NCBI GenBank assembly: GCA_964016885.1
Contig: OZ024763.1
Coordinates: 14,570,001-14,634,000 of the forward strand
Length of the DNA: 64,000 nt
Direction of reading: 5' to 3'
Source: Eledone cirrhosa
Lineage: Eukaryota
In this document: positions 16,503 through 32,004 of the stretch, piece by piece
Numbering within the stretch: the stretch's first letter is position 1
How the letters are laid out: each line of letters begins with the position of its first letter
Translations under genes and position numbers: made by a program
Notes under the pieces: model-generated
Seen by the model: the letters and a program-made list of their open reading frames with translations, nothing else
What the model was told of the DNA's origin: nothing
Databases searched by the model: none

Positions 16503-16905
16503 ATCACATCTGTGTTCGCAATCTTATATATGTATATATGCATTCAATGTGGTCTATCCTTCGTGGTAGGTTCCGTACCGTAGATAGAACTCAATGTAAC
16601 CTGATAGCGAGTAATTCAGTGAAATCCATAGAAAGATTCCATAAATACAGGGTATGATATTCGAAACGATCGTAAAAAAAATGATATGAATAGGTAAAAT
16701 AACTTGACTTTGCTGTTATTATTTTCATTGTTAAATTAATATCTAATATTTATATAATTGAATAAAGAAGAGAGATGAACACTAATATAAACATACATGT
16801 GTTCGAATCGTAAGGACCAAGTTTGCTAGGGTGAAAAAATACTAACTACAGCAATATGGTTTGTCAGACTTAACTTTAAATATTAAATTAAGAAAAATAA
16901 CAGAC

Positions 16906-17118
16906 CTATATTGGGCAATCGCCTGGTAACAACTAGACAGTTTTGGAGACTGTTTCGCAACATCTTATTAAGTGAAGTCCACTCTTTTCTCTGCTCCTCA
17001 GTAGTTGTTGAGAAATTAGTGATCCTTCTACTTCTAAAAATATTAGAGACTGAATTGCGTGCGATAAGAGTTATCGCACGTCTCTTCGGAACCCAGCTTG
17101 TCTCGAAATTCCATGCCG
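16906..17118 (-). other. Candidate internal exon (213 bp, phase 1-1, open frame)
   Basis: Acceptor gttgtttttag, donor G|gtctgt; open frame AWNFETSWVPKRRAITLIARNS...RRLPNI. No homology recognised. Confidence 0.3.
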
Positions 17119-17329
17119 CTAAAAACAACTCACTATATATCTAATATGTATATATGTATTTAAACCTGGTTCGCTTCTCAATTGATATATATCAATATAT
17201 CGTTTCAAATTATTTTATATTATTGATACGCTAAACAGTAGTTTATTGGACTTTTACTGAGAAACTTTATCTATACATATTTTATATGTATTGATTAAAC
17301 CTAAAATATATTATTATCAAATGTAGATT

Positions 17330-17535
17330 AGCAGGAAAAGTAGAGCGTCGCACAACATACTTTGTGTTATAGAGTTATGGTCCTTTACGTCCTCAGTTCA
17401 AATCCTGCTGAGGTTAGATTTGTCATTTATCATTATGGAGTTGATAAAATAAAGTACCAGTAATGCACTGGGTCGATTTAATCGACTCTCCCCTCCCCCT
17501 TCAAATTGCTGGCCTTGTGCCGAAAGTAGAAATTA
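17330..17535 (+). mobile_element. Nin-domain tRNA SINE
   Basis: B box gttcaaatcc, gataaaataaagtaccag core, ggccttgtgccgaaagtagaa 3' end and (att)n tail. Confidence 0.8.
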
Positions 17536-17774
17536 TTATTATTATTATTCTTATAGATGTATTTGTTAATAGTTACTATCGTTGTTTATGTACTGTTGTT
17601 GTTGTTGTTGTTGTTGTCGTTAGTGGTTGCTATTGTTATTACTACCACAGTTGTTGTTGTTGTTGTTGTTACAGTAGTTGTTGTTGTTGTTGTAATGGAG
17701 AGAGAGAGAGAGTGTGTGATAAAGAGGGACTGATATCACATTCTCCACACGAGAAACCTGATATCAACCGATGG

Positions 17775-17788
17775 GTTTCCATGGCAAC
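17775..17788. promoter_or_regulatory. RFX X-box motif
   Basis: GTTTCCATGGCAAC matches the GTHNYYATRRNAAC consensus. Confidence 0.4.
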
Positions 17789-17834
17789 CGAGTAATTAAT
17801 GATTAACACTGCCTCCACCTATGTTGTCACAATG

Positions 17835-19630
17835 CCTGACACCACCACTCCAACCACCACCACCATCATCATCATCATACCTGACACCACCACCACCAAT
17901 ACCAGCGCCTCCTGCACCACCACCACCAGTCCCGACACCACCACCACCATCATCACTATCATACTTGACACCACTCCCACCATACCTGACACCACCACTA
18001 CCACCATCATCATCATCACCATCATACCTGACACCACCACCCTTCAAATCCCATCCCCCACACACCACCACAACCAGCACCAACACCAGCATCATTACGA
18101 TCGCTGCCTCTAGCAACGCCATTACCAACACCACCAACACTACCACCAACAACACTACCACCAACACCAACACTACCAACAACACCACCAACACCAACAC
18201 TACCACCAACAACACCAACACTACCAACAACACCACCAACACCAACACTACCACCAACACCAACACCACCAACACCAACACTACCACCAACACCACCAAC
18301 ACCAACACTACCACCAACAACACCAACACTACCAACAACAACACCACCAACACCAACACTACCACCAACAACACCAACACTACCAACAACACCACCAACA
18401 CCAACACTACCACCAACACCACCAACACCAACACTACCACCAACAACACTACCACCAACACCAACACTACCACCAACAGCAACACCACCACCAACACCAA
18501 CACCAACACTACCACCAACAGCAACACCACCATCAACACCAACACTACCACCAACAGCAACACCACCACCAACACCAACACCAACAATACCACCAACAGC
18601 AACACCAACACCAACACCAACACTACCACCAACAGCAACACCACCACCAACACCAACACCAACAATACCACCAACAGCAACACCACCACCAACACCAACA
18701 CCAACAATACCACCAACAGCAACACCACCATCAACACCAACACCAACACTACCACCAACAGCAACACCACCACCAACACCAACACCAACAATACCACCAA
18801 CAGCAACACCACCACCAACACCAACACCAACACTACCACCAACAGCAACACCACCACCAACACCAACAGCAACACCACCACCAACACCAACACCAACAAT
18901 ACCATCAACACCAACACCACCATCAACACCAACACTACCTCCAACACCAACACCACCTCCAACACCAACACTACCACCAACACCAACAGCAACACCACCA
19001 TCAACACCAACACTACCACCAACAGCAACACCACCACCAACACCAACACCAACAATACCACCAACAGCAACACCACCATCAACACCAACACCACCATCAA
19101 CACCAACACTACCTCCAACACCAACACCAACACTACCACCAACAGCAACACCAACACCAACACCAACAATACCACCAACAGCAACACCACCATCAACACC
19201 AACACCACCATCAACACCAACACTACCTCCAACACCAACACTACCACCAACACCACCACCAACACTACCACCAACAGCAACACCACCACCAACACCAACA
19301 CCAACAATACCACCAACAGCAACACCACCATCAACACCAACACCACCATCAACACCAACACTACCTCCAACACCAACACCACCTCCAACACCAACACTAC
19401 CACCAACACCACCACCAACACTACCACCAACAGCAACACCAACACCAACACCAACAATACCACCAACAGCAACACCACCATCAACACCAACACCACCATC
19501 AACACCAACACTACCTCCAACACCACCTCCAACACCAACACTACCACCAACACCACCACCAACACTACCACCAACACTACCACCAACACCACCACTAACA
19601 CCACCAACACCACCACCAACAACAACAACT
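17835..19630. repeat. (ACC/AAC)n compound trinucleotide repeat
   Basis: Direct reading; gives the Thr/Asn, Val/Leu and Gly/Val ORFs. Confidence 0.9.
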
Positions 19631-19724
19631 GCAGCAACATCAAATCCTTCACAACCAGTTTGGTCACTGCTCTTAAGCACGAATCTCGATACCCTTGAAT
19701 GTCTGAAATAGCTTCACAATTACA

Positions 19725-19816
<92 letters not shown>

Positions 19817-20479
19817 TGTGGGTGTGCGTATGTATGTGTGCGCGCATGTGTGTGTGTGCGCGTACGAAGGTTGTGTATGTGTGTGTATGCGTGTGTATGT
19901 GTGTGCATGTGTGTGCATGTGTGTATGTGTGTGCGCATGTTTGTGTATGTGTGTGAATGTGTGTGTATATGAAGGTTGTATATGTGTATGTGCGTGCATG
20001 TAAGTGTTTGCGTGCGTATGTGTTTGTATATGTATGCATGTGTACACATGTGCCTCTATATGTGTGTACGCATGTGCCTGTATGTGTGTGTATGTATGTC
20101 TATATGTGTGTATACGCATATGCCTATATATGTATGTATGTATATACGCATATGCCTGTATATGTGTCTATGTATGTGTATACGCATATGCCTGTATATG
20201 TGTGTATGTATGTGTATACGCATATGCCTGTATATGTGTGTATGTATGTGTATACACAAAAGGCTTCATCGACACCTCTATTGTGAAACACGCTGTTAAT
20301 GTTATTGCTATTCAATCCCCTCCAAACAACCTCACACTATATGCAAATAAGCATCCCCAGTTGATATTTCATACACAAAAATGCATATAAGCTGTAGCTC
20401 ACGCTCGCCCGATGGCGCGGAAACACGTGTCTGAATTTCTCACACAGCCACTAAAGATAGCTGCGACATGATCACGGGT

Positions 20480-20670
20480 TAAACTGTACATGGCGAGACT
20501 CTTGTATGTCGAGTTGTAGCTGAAATTTCAAAGGGCCAGTCTTACCACACACCACGTCACGCTGAATCTCCCCGAGAACTGCGTTAAGGGTACACGTGTC
20601 TGTGGAATGCTCAGTCACTTGAATGCCTATTTCAGGAGTAGACTGTTCTCTTGATAAAACCTCCAAGATA
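20480..20670 (+). mobile_element. Interspersed repeat fragment (SINE-like)
   Basis: Shares gtacacgtgtctgtggaat.ctcag.cactt with 60545-60640. Confidence 0.5.
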
Positions 20671-22671
20671 CGAATTATTGGGAGAGAGAGAGAGAAAGAG
20701 AGAGGGGTGGGCGAGAGAGAGGGGGTGGGCGAGAGAGAGAGGGGTGGGCGAGAGAGAGGGGGTGGGCGAGTGAGAGAGAGAGAGAGAGAGAAAGATGGGA
20801 GGGAGAGATGAGAGAGAGAGAAAGATGGGAGGGAGAGATAAGAGAGAGAAAGAGAGAGAGAGAGAGTGATTAGGTGATTGGACGTATATGGATCTACACC
20901 TACACACATTTATATACACACACACACACACACACGTATATACATATATATATACACACACACACACACCTATATACACACACACACACACCTATACACA
21001 CACGCACACACCTACACACACACACACACACCTACACACACACACACACACACCTATATACATATATATATATATGTGTGTGTATATATACACACACACA
21101 CAAAAACATACATTTTGGACATATATTTACATTTATATACGAAGATGCAAATATCAGATAAGGAATATCAACACACACGTGTGTGTTGATATTTGTTTGT
21201 ACGTGTGTGTATGTGTTTGTGTGTGTATGTGTGTGTTTGTACGCGTGTGTATGCGTTTGTACGTGTGTGTGTGTGTGTGTTTGGACGTGTGTGTATGTGC
21301 TTGTACGTGTGTATGTATGTGTTTGTTTGTACGCGTGTGTGTGTGTGTTTGTACGTGTGTATGTATGTGTTTGTTTGTACGCGTGTGTGTGTGTGTTTGT
21401 ACGTGTGTATGTATGTGTTTGTTTGTACGTGTGTGTATGTGTTTGTACCTGTGTGTATGTGTGTGTGTCTCAATGTTATATGTGTGTGTATACGTGTGTA
21501 TGTTAGTACATTCTTCTATTATACCTACTTCCTTCCTCGCATGATGTCACAAGCACACATACGCACACACACAGTCATACAGACATATACACACACAGAG
21601 ACATACACACATACATACACAGAGACATACACACAGGCATACACATACAGATACAGAGACATACACACAGACATACACACACATGCATACACACACATAC
21701 ACACAGACATACACACACACACAGACACACACACACATACACACAGACATACACACACACAGACACACACATACACGCAGACATACACACACACCCAAAC
21801 ATAGATACACACACCCAGACATACACACACATACATAAACACATACACACACAACAACGGGCGTACGTGCCAAACGAACTTTTCATATGGTCACTGGCCT
21901 TGCTAGAAATCACAGCCAAATTTCCCACAAACACTTCCTCCCCCAACGCCTTTAAAACCTGGACTGGTTGTATACTGTGGTCCTGGTGTACCTGCATAAA
22001 GGAAAATGATGAGAAGGTCATGGCTGGACGGCCATTGAGCTGAGGTCTCTCTCCCTCAGGACTGACCTGGGGCTAAACATCATCATCATCAACAACAATA
22101 GCAAATCTACAACTAGTACACCACACATAAATACACTCACATAAATACACATACACATAAATACACACACATAAATTACACACAAATACACTCACACAAG
22201 CACATACACATAAATACACACTCACATAAATACACACAAATACACTTACACAAATACACTCACACAAGCACATACACATAAATACACATAAATACACTCA
22301 CAAGCACATACACATAAATACACACACACATAAATACACTCACATAAATACACACATAAATTACACACAAATACACTCACACAAGCACATACACATAAAT
22401 ACACACACACATAAATACACTCACATATACATAAATACATACAAATACACTCACACATACACATAAATACAGTCACACACACATAACAGCATTATACACC
22501 CCCCCACACACATATATGCATACACACAGAGAGACGTCAACAGAGGAGGCCCCATAACCAGGTTTTCGGGCTCAGTCCCACTTCTTGCTACCTTCTACTG
22601 AAGTCACGGGTCAACCAACGTCTTTTCAGTGGAATTTGGTAGGCAGAATCTATAAAGAAGCCCGTCCTAAC

Positions 22672-22905
22672 TATTCTTTTACTAGCTTTAGTCATTAAAT
22701 TATGGCCATGCTGGGGCACCACATTATTTTATTCTTTTATTAGCTTTGGTCATTAAACTATGGCCATGCTGGGGCACCACATTATTTTATTCTTTTATTA
22801 GCTTTGTTCATTAAACTATGGCCATGCTGGGGCACCACATTATTTTATTCTTTTACTGGTTTCAGGCAGTGGACTGCGGCCATGCTGGGGCACCACATTT
22901 AATAG
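22672..22905. repeat. Four ~58-bp tandem units with a ggccatgctggggcaccac core
   Basis: Direct reading; the reverse-complement array is at 52885-53215. Confidence 0.8.
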
Positions 22906-23005
22906 GATTTTACTCAGTATTTGTTCTTTCATGTCTTGCACTTCATTCATCGATTTGTTTTTATCGAACCAAGTACAAAAACAAACACACACTGCCATTA
23001 TCATA

Positions 23006-23062
<57 letters not shown>

Positions 23063-23065
23063 TGT

Positions 23066-23163
23066 GTGTGTCCAAAAAATGTATACACACTTCAACAGCA
23101 TTCTAATAAATATTGCCTGTACAGGTAATCAAAGTGTGCATACATTTTTTGGAGACACCCTGT
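23066..23163. mobile_element. Tc1/mariner-like MITE remnant
   Basis: Inverted arms ccaaaaaatgtatacacactt / aagtgtgcatacattttttgg, ending in acaccctg. Confidence 0.5.
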
Positions 23164-23355
23164 TTACATATATATAACAAGGGGCTGTGTGGTTACTTGA
23201 TAAAGTGTATTTAGAAATAAAAGGAAAGCACAAACAAGGGACAGGTCCCTTCTTCAGTTGTCTGCTGGGGGTCTCAGACATTTCAACGCATTAAAGACAA
23301 TATGTCTATCTCCAGTGCGTCAATAACTTTTGTAAGTTATTGCGGAAGGAAAAAA

Positions 23356-23452
<97 letters not shown>

Positions 23453-23687
23453 ATCATCAGAAAGACTTTCGTGGTAATTTCTTACGCACCTATTCTGTTA
23501 ATATATATATATATATATTTATGTAGGATCCCGATGTAAATCAGGAGGCGATCCATGTCATAAAAAAGTACTCAATATGTTAGTAGAGTATAGGTATATA
23601 CATTTTATTATAGAAATGACTTCTACGGCTTTTAGACCGCTTGGGGTTTCGACGATTTAACTAAAATTATTATCATTATTATCATTA

Positions 23688-24078
23688 TTGGATTGGCAGT
23701 ATCGGTAGAGGGTCGGACGCCATGCTTTGACGCATAGAGTTATGGCCCTTGCCATTCTGAGTTCAAATGCCGCCGAGGTTAACTTTGCCTTTCATCCTTA
23801 CGGGGTCGATAAAATAAAGTACCAGTAATGCACTGGGTAATTGCTGGCCTTGTGCCAAAAGTAGAAACAATTATTTTTATTATTATGAAGGGTGGTGGAT
23901 TGGCAGTATCGGTAGAGGGTCGGACGCCATGCTTTCCAGCATAGTTACGTCCCTTTACGGTCTGAGTTCAAATCCCGCCGAGGTTTAGTTTGCCTTTCAT
24001 CCTTACGGGGTCGATAAAATAAAGTACCAGTAATGCACTGGGTAATTGCTGGCCTTGTGCCAAAAGTAGAAACAATTA

Positions 24079-24113
<35 letters not shown>

Positions 24114-24345
24114 GTGGATTGACAGAGGTGGATTGGCAGACCCGTGTTCTGTATCTTCTGAGCTCAAATCCGGCCTTGGTCAACTTTGCTTCTCATCCTT
24201 CAGGAAGTTTAATAAAATAAAGTACCAGTCAATTACTGGTGTCGAATCTTCCTCTATATCTCTTTTTCCCTTCTTCGCCCTAACTCGACTTCCCCCCCCC
24301 CTCTCCCTCAAAATTGCTGACCTTGTGCCTAAATTAGAAATAAGT
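23688..24345 (+). mobile_element. Cluster of three Nin-domain tRNA SINEs
   Basis: A box tggcagtatcgg, B box gagttcaaatcc, Nin-like gcctttcatccttacggggtcgataaaataaagtaccag and (tta)n tails. Confidence 0.88.
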
Positions 24346-24364
24346 ATGACTAGAATGAGATAAT

Positions 24365-24800
24365 TATTTCTGTTTTAGGCACATGGTCAACAGTTTAGGA
24401 GGAGGGGAAAGTCAATTAAATCGACCCCAGTGGATGACTGGTTCTTTATGTTATTGATCCCGTAAGGATGAAAGGCAAAGCTAATCTCGCTGTAATCTTA
24501 ACTCAAGATGTAAAGGGGCGTAACTCTATGCCGCAAAGCATGCTGTGCGACGCTCTTCCGATTGTGCCATCTCATTGCCCTAATAATGGCTTCTGTTTTA
24601 GGCACAAGGCCAACAATTCAGGGGGAGAGGAAAGTCAATTAAATCGATTCCAGTGCATTACTGATACTTTATTTTATCGACCCCGTAAAGGAAAACTAAC
24701 CTTGACGGTATATGAACTGAGAACGTAAAATGATGCAATCATATGCTGCAAAGCATTTTGTCCGACGCTCTAACGATTCTGCCAACTCCCCGCCATATTA
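24365..24800 (-). mobile_element. Two Nin-domain SINEs, minus strand
   Basis: Reverse complement of the same SINE (tactttattttatcgaccccgtaa, ctctaacgattctgccaa). Confidence 0.8.
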
Positions 24801-24894
24801 ATAGAACAAGATAATAAAAGAATATATTTGTTTATGTGTATCGCGTTTAACTGCCAATAAATACACTAACTGTATGTCTTATGTTATTTTGCAG

Positions 24895-25083
24895 GCAATC
24901 CTCTGAGGACAGACCATTCCATTCTGCTTCAAACTCAATCGATTACGCCTACCACTTCTAGTCCAGTTCCAGGCATTCTAACAGCAATACCATTCTACGT
25001 CCATTTTTTTTCCAAAGTGGTTGATACCAAACCTATTCTACAGACTTATATACGTCGTCAATAGTCTTTAGTCTTCCACAGAC
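24895..25083 (+). other. Candidate exon (non-coding, or start of a terminal exon)
   Basis: Branch-point-like ctaac (24866-70), ttattttgcag acceptor and c|gtaagt donor; stops in all three frames. Confidence 0.4.
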
Positions 25084-27262
25084 GTAAGTTCCGTCCAGGA
25101 TGAGGAACCGTGAAACAACACAGATCTGATGTTTAACCAAAAAAAGAAACGAGGTGGTAGTGTCATAAAATATGGAGATTGCTTTGTCTATTTTGCACGG
25201 TTTTGTTTGATATGATCAGTTGAATAATTACAAAAATTGGCGGAAAGAAATGAAATATTTTGCACAGTTTTGTTTGATATGTTCAATTGAATAATTACAA
25301 AAATTGGCGAAACGAAACGAAATGAAATAAAGGACTTGGGACTTTACTGGAAAACTCTAGAGAAAGAGCAACAGAATCACAGAAAGCTACATTAGTCGTA
25401 AATATTACTGAGATATCAAGAATAGAAAGGTATCGACTGAAATCGATAAACTTGAGGTCAGCTGAACTTTACTGGTTTTGTTTGTTTGTTTTTCCTTTTA
25501 CTGTGTTCATTTTTCTCTAGCAGTGGGCGAATGACTCACCACACTACTACACAACATTGCTACAACTTTCCATGATAGATCGGTCTTGTCAAACATTTAA
25601 TCTCGCCTACGATAAATGGTGAATTGATTGACTTCTGAGTGATAGAGATGATAATGATGATTACGTCGATTGTGATCATGATGATCAAGATCAACCCACG
25701 CCTCGTTTTTCATCTGGTGATTGGTTAATACCGTGTCTTTATCTCCAGTCTCGATGTGAAATGGTTAACTAGAAAGTCATCTGCAACTGAACTCAGAATC
25801 TATCTACAGTGCATCTGGTGGTCTGTTAAACAGTGTCTTTATCTCCAGTCTCGATGTGACATGCCTGACTAACCGGAATGTCGTCTGCCTCGAGGATTTA
25901 CCTACATTGACTTTGACATAAAATCTAGCTGGGATTTTAACAAAATATTTGAACAAAGCAAAGCAAATTAAAGAAGTTCTTCTTCAGTTAGCATCACATC
26001 AATCTTTAATCAATGCAACAGAATTCTTTCATCAGTGTCACAGTTTTTTCCAGTCAGTGCCGCAGTATTCTTTAACGAGTGTCACAATTTTTCTTCAATC
26101 ACTAACACAAGCTTTTCCCTCCACTCAGTGCCGCAACATTCTTTAGTCAGCGGTACATCGTTCTTTAATCAGATCCACAATTTTTCTTCAATCACTAACG
26201 GCAGTTTTCTCTTCCAGTCAGTGCAGCAGAATTTTTACTCAGTGGCACAGCATTCTTCAAAAAGTACCACAGTTCTTTTCTTCAAACATCTACACAGTTT
26301 TTCTTCAACTATCTACACAAGTTTTTCTTCAACCATCTACACAGTTTTTCTTCAACTAGCGATTTTTAAAAAAATCATCTCCACAGTCTTTTCTTCAACC
26401 ATCTACAGAGTTTTTTTTTCAACCAGCTGCACAAGTATTCTTCAGTTAGCCCCACAGTGGTTTTCAAACAGAGTTGACTGTGTGTGTATTATTCAACCGG
26501 AAATACCATACGATGCTGTTGCTGTTATTGTTTTTTAGTTGGATTATCACCGGAAGTGTCTAATTCCCATTCCAGTCGGAATTTATAACGACTGACTTAC
26601 GACTCCTATATATGTGTCTGGAACATTGCCAAAACTGAGTTGTTTCTGGTTAGAATTTATAAAAAAATCTCTAAAACAGTGTCACGTATAATGAGGAATT
26701 CGACGAACCATCGTAATTTTGTTACAGATCATAACAGAAAGTCGACGAAGTGTCGCTATTCCGTTAAAGGTCATTATAAAAACACGACGAACTGCAGTGA
26801 TTCTGGTAAAGATCGCAAGAGAAAGTCGACGAAATGTCGCTCTTCTGTTACAGATCATAAAGTAGAAGTCGACGAATTGTTACATGCCATAAGATAAAGT
26901 CTTTATTTTCAACAGATTTTCCTATGACTTCACACAGGATCTATTCAAATTCGAAAGTATTGTTCTAAACATATATATCCTTTCCGATCAGGATTTGAAC
27001 TTGCTTTCTGCTGTTTCTCTAAGCTATAAATGAATATAAAAATATAAATATTTTTTGAGCCGTCTCATTTGATAAAACCGACACCCACAGTCATCCTATC
27101 CCGAGAAACCGCAACCATTTGCCAAACGTCAAAATTATATATTTTAAATATATCAAATATATTAAATACTTAAATACTTTCATCTTCAATCCTATTGGGA
27201 CTTGATTTCTGTTTCTTCCAAGCTCCAATTGAAATATTTATCTTTTGGCCGTCTCATTTGAT

Positions 27263-27324
<62 letters not shown>

Positions 27325-27559
27325 AGGGATTATCGTATCTTTTCAACCATCAAACCACTTATTTTAAATATATTAAACATTTTAATACTTTAATACTTCA
27401 CGTCTGAATATTATGGGCTCTTAATCTTCTTCAAGAAACCCGCAGACATAAGAGAGGTATTATCTCGGTTGAATAATCTTTACAAGATTGTGAAGCGATT
27501 AAAAATATCTCCTTAATTAAAAAGACGTTCAGTACAAATCCAAGTTGATACGTTATGAA

Positions 27560-27620
27560 TTATGACGTCACGTCAATCCAGGGTGTATCGTTGAAATGAT
27601 GTATATGGTATAAAACACTC
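27560..27620 (+). promoter_or_regulatory. CRE plus TATA candidate promoter upstream of the GPCR
   Basis: TGACGTCA (27563-70), adjacent CGTCA half-site and TATAAAA (27609-15). Confidence 0.4.
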
Positions 27621-27774
27621 TTGTGTGTCATCGAATATCCATCTATCTATCTATCTATCTACATACTTATCTATTTACCAACCTGTCTATCTATTCATCT
27701 CCCTACCTACCTATCTGCCCACATCTATCTCCAGACATATCTATCATTCGGTTTCTCTCTTGCTGTCTCATTAA

Positions 27775-27807
<33 letters not shown>

Positions 27808-27983
27808 CACACACACACACATACACAAATATATATATATATATATACACACACATACATACACAAATATATATATATATATATACACACACATACATAC
27901 ACAAATATATATATATATATATATATACATACACAAATATATATATATATACATACACATACACAAATAATATATATATATAT

Positions 27984-28024
<41 letters not shown>

Positions 28025-28288
28025 TATATATATATATACACACATATATATATATATATATACACACACATATATATATATACACACACACATATATATA
28101 TATATATACACACACATATATATATATATACACACACATACACATATATATATACACACACATACACATATATATATACACACACACACATATATATATA
28201 CACACACATACACATATATATATACACACACATACATACATACATACACAAATATATATATATATATATACACACACACATACACAAA

Positions 28289-28321
<33 letters not shown>

Positions 28322-28400
28322 TACACAAATATATATATATATATATACACACATACACAAATATATATATATATATACACACATACACAAATATATATAT
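27775..28400. repeat. (CA)n/(TA)n compound microsatellite
   Basis: Direct reading; ends just upstream of the GPCR start codon. Confidence 0.95.
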
Positions 28401-28416
28401 ATGAGACGCTGTAAAA

Positions 28417-29523
28417 ATGAATGTGACTACGGTAGCGTCACAGACCGTGACTTACCAATATGGTGGCTACAATGACACCACTACCGACTATATGGAGACA
28501 CGCATTGCTAGGTTCATCAATCTATACTACCCCCCCTTCTTAGTGCTTTTCGGGACGGTCTGCAACATTTTGGTCGTAATAGTCATGACCAGTCGTTACT
28601 TCTCGTCCGTCTCCACCGCCATCTATATGCTGGCCGGGGCTCTGGGGGACGTCCTCTGCTTCCTCATAGCACTGCCCGCTCACTGGGTTTACGTCAACTA
28701 CCCACACATCGTGGAACGTACAGACGACGCCCATTACATGTGTAAGTTTTTCAATTTCTTTGGTTGGGGCAGCAGTGACTTCGGTATCATTCTCACAGCA
28801 GCAATGGCGGCCGACAGAGCTATCGCCATCTTGTTTCCGTTCAAGGCCAACAGATTCTGTACACCACGACGGGCCAAGTCTGTCGTTATCGGATTATTAG
28901 TCGGGGTCAGCGTTAAGGAGTCTCACTTCCTCTTCGTGTCCGACATCGTCCCCGAATTTCGTAACGACCGCCTGTGTACTGTCACAGAGCCAAACGAGAT
29001 TTACCGGTTGTTCTGGCGAGACATTTGGCCTTGGGTTCACACCGTCTTCCTCCTTATCTCCTTCATCATCATCATCATGAGCAACATCGTCATTATATTC
29101 TACTACCGAAAATCGAAACGACTTCCGGTGAATCGCGAGATCCGAGGGGTGTGCGAGAACTCACGTACTCGCCAGATCAGCACCATGTTACTGGTGGAGT
29201 CGTTCGCCATCATTTTGCTAACATTTCCGTTTTGTTTGCACACGGCGTTCACATCTCACCGACAGTACAAACTGGAAAGTCCGAAGGAGAAGGCCGAAAA
29301 CCTGTTGCTATTCTCTATCGTTTTCTATCTGCTCTACACGAACAAATGCGCCACCTTCTGTCTATATTGCATCACGGGTTCCAGATTCAGATACGCCCTC
29401 TGTGATATCTTCTGCCACGGACGGTTCAAACGGCGCACGGACAAAGTACACAGAGGCAAGTGTTTATCTCACTCCCATTTCTCCATGAACCAAATGGCCG
29501 TACATATACACAACCCACACTAA
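28417..29523 (+). CDS. Intronless class A (rhodopsin-like) GPCR, FMRFamide/sex-peptide receptor-like orphan, 368 aa
   Basis: Seven hydrophobic helices; N-glycosylation sites NVT and NDT; TM1 GTVCN; TM2 ALGD; TM3 CK...[10 protein letters not shown]; ECL2 Cys; TM6 LLTFP; TM7/helix 8 [17 protein letters not shown]; non-repetitive sequence. Confidence 0.95.
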   Translation: MNVTTVASQTVTYQYGGYNDTTTDYMETRIARFINLYYPPFLVLFGTVCNILVVIVMTSRYFSSVSTAIYMLAGALGDVLCFLIALPAHWVYVNYPHIVERTDDAHYMCKFFNFFGWGSSDFGIILTAAMAADRAIAILFPFKANRFCTPRRAKSVVIGLLVGVSVKESHFLFVSDIVPEFRNDRLCTVTEPNEIYRLFWRDIWPWVHTVFLLISFIIIIMSNIVIIFYYRKSKRLPVNREIRGVCENSRTRQISTMLLVESFAIILLTFPFCLHTAFTSHRQYKLESPKEKAENLLLFSIVFYLLYTNKCATFCLYCITGSRFRYALCDIFCHGRFKRRTDKVHRGKCLSHSHFSMNQMAVHIHNPH

Positions 29524-29659
29524 CCCAAACACCAACTCCACCACCGCCGCCGCCAGCGTTTAAAAAGACAGCACGGAGGTGAGTGGGGAAGCACCATATA
29601 TTTCGGGCGTTATGAACTTTATCTATCTATTTTGCCATCGCATATATTTAATTATATCT

Positions 29660-31765
<2,106 letters not shown>

Positions 31766-32004
31766 CACATACACACACATACTCCGGGGAAACGCCTTCT
31801 GCATCCTGTCCGCCGGGGCTGGGGGGGGGGACTCCATCACGTAACATTCCATATTTAAGTATGTGCACTATCATATACATGCATAATGTGTTTGTGAATG
31901 GGATTCATGTGAAATTATATATATATATATATATATAAATACATATATATATATATAAGAGTATAAATGTAGAAGTTTTCTTGAAGCATTGTGGAATGAT
32001 AAAA

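Noticed and set aside
17821-19698. 625-aa Thr/Asn mucin-like ORF and antisense Gly/Val ORFs
   Set aside because: Pure ACC/AAC repeat, open on both strands, with no signal peptide or domain.
19620-19702. Minus-strand exon candidate (tatttcag acceptor)
   Set aside because: No convincing donor; runs into repeat sequence.
23688-24075. tRNA genes
   Set aside because: A/B boxes belong to SINE heads; no cloverleaf, and SINE core and tail follow.
28974-29405. 143-aa alternative ORF inside the GPCR
   Set aside because: Shadow frame of the real CDS.
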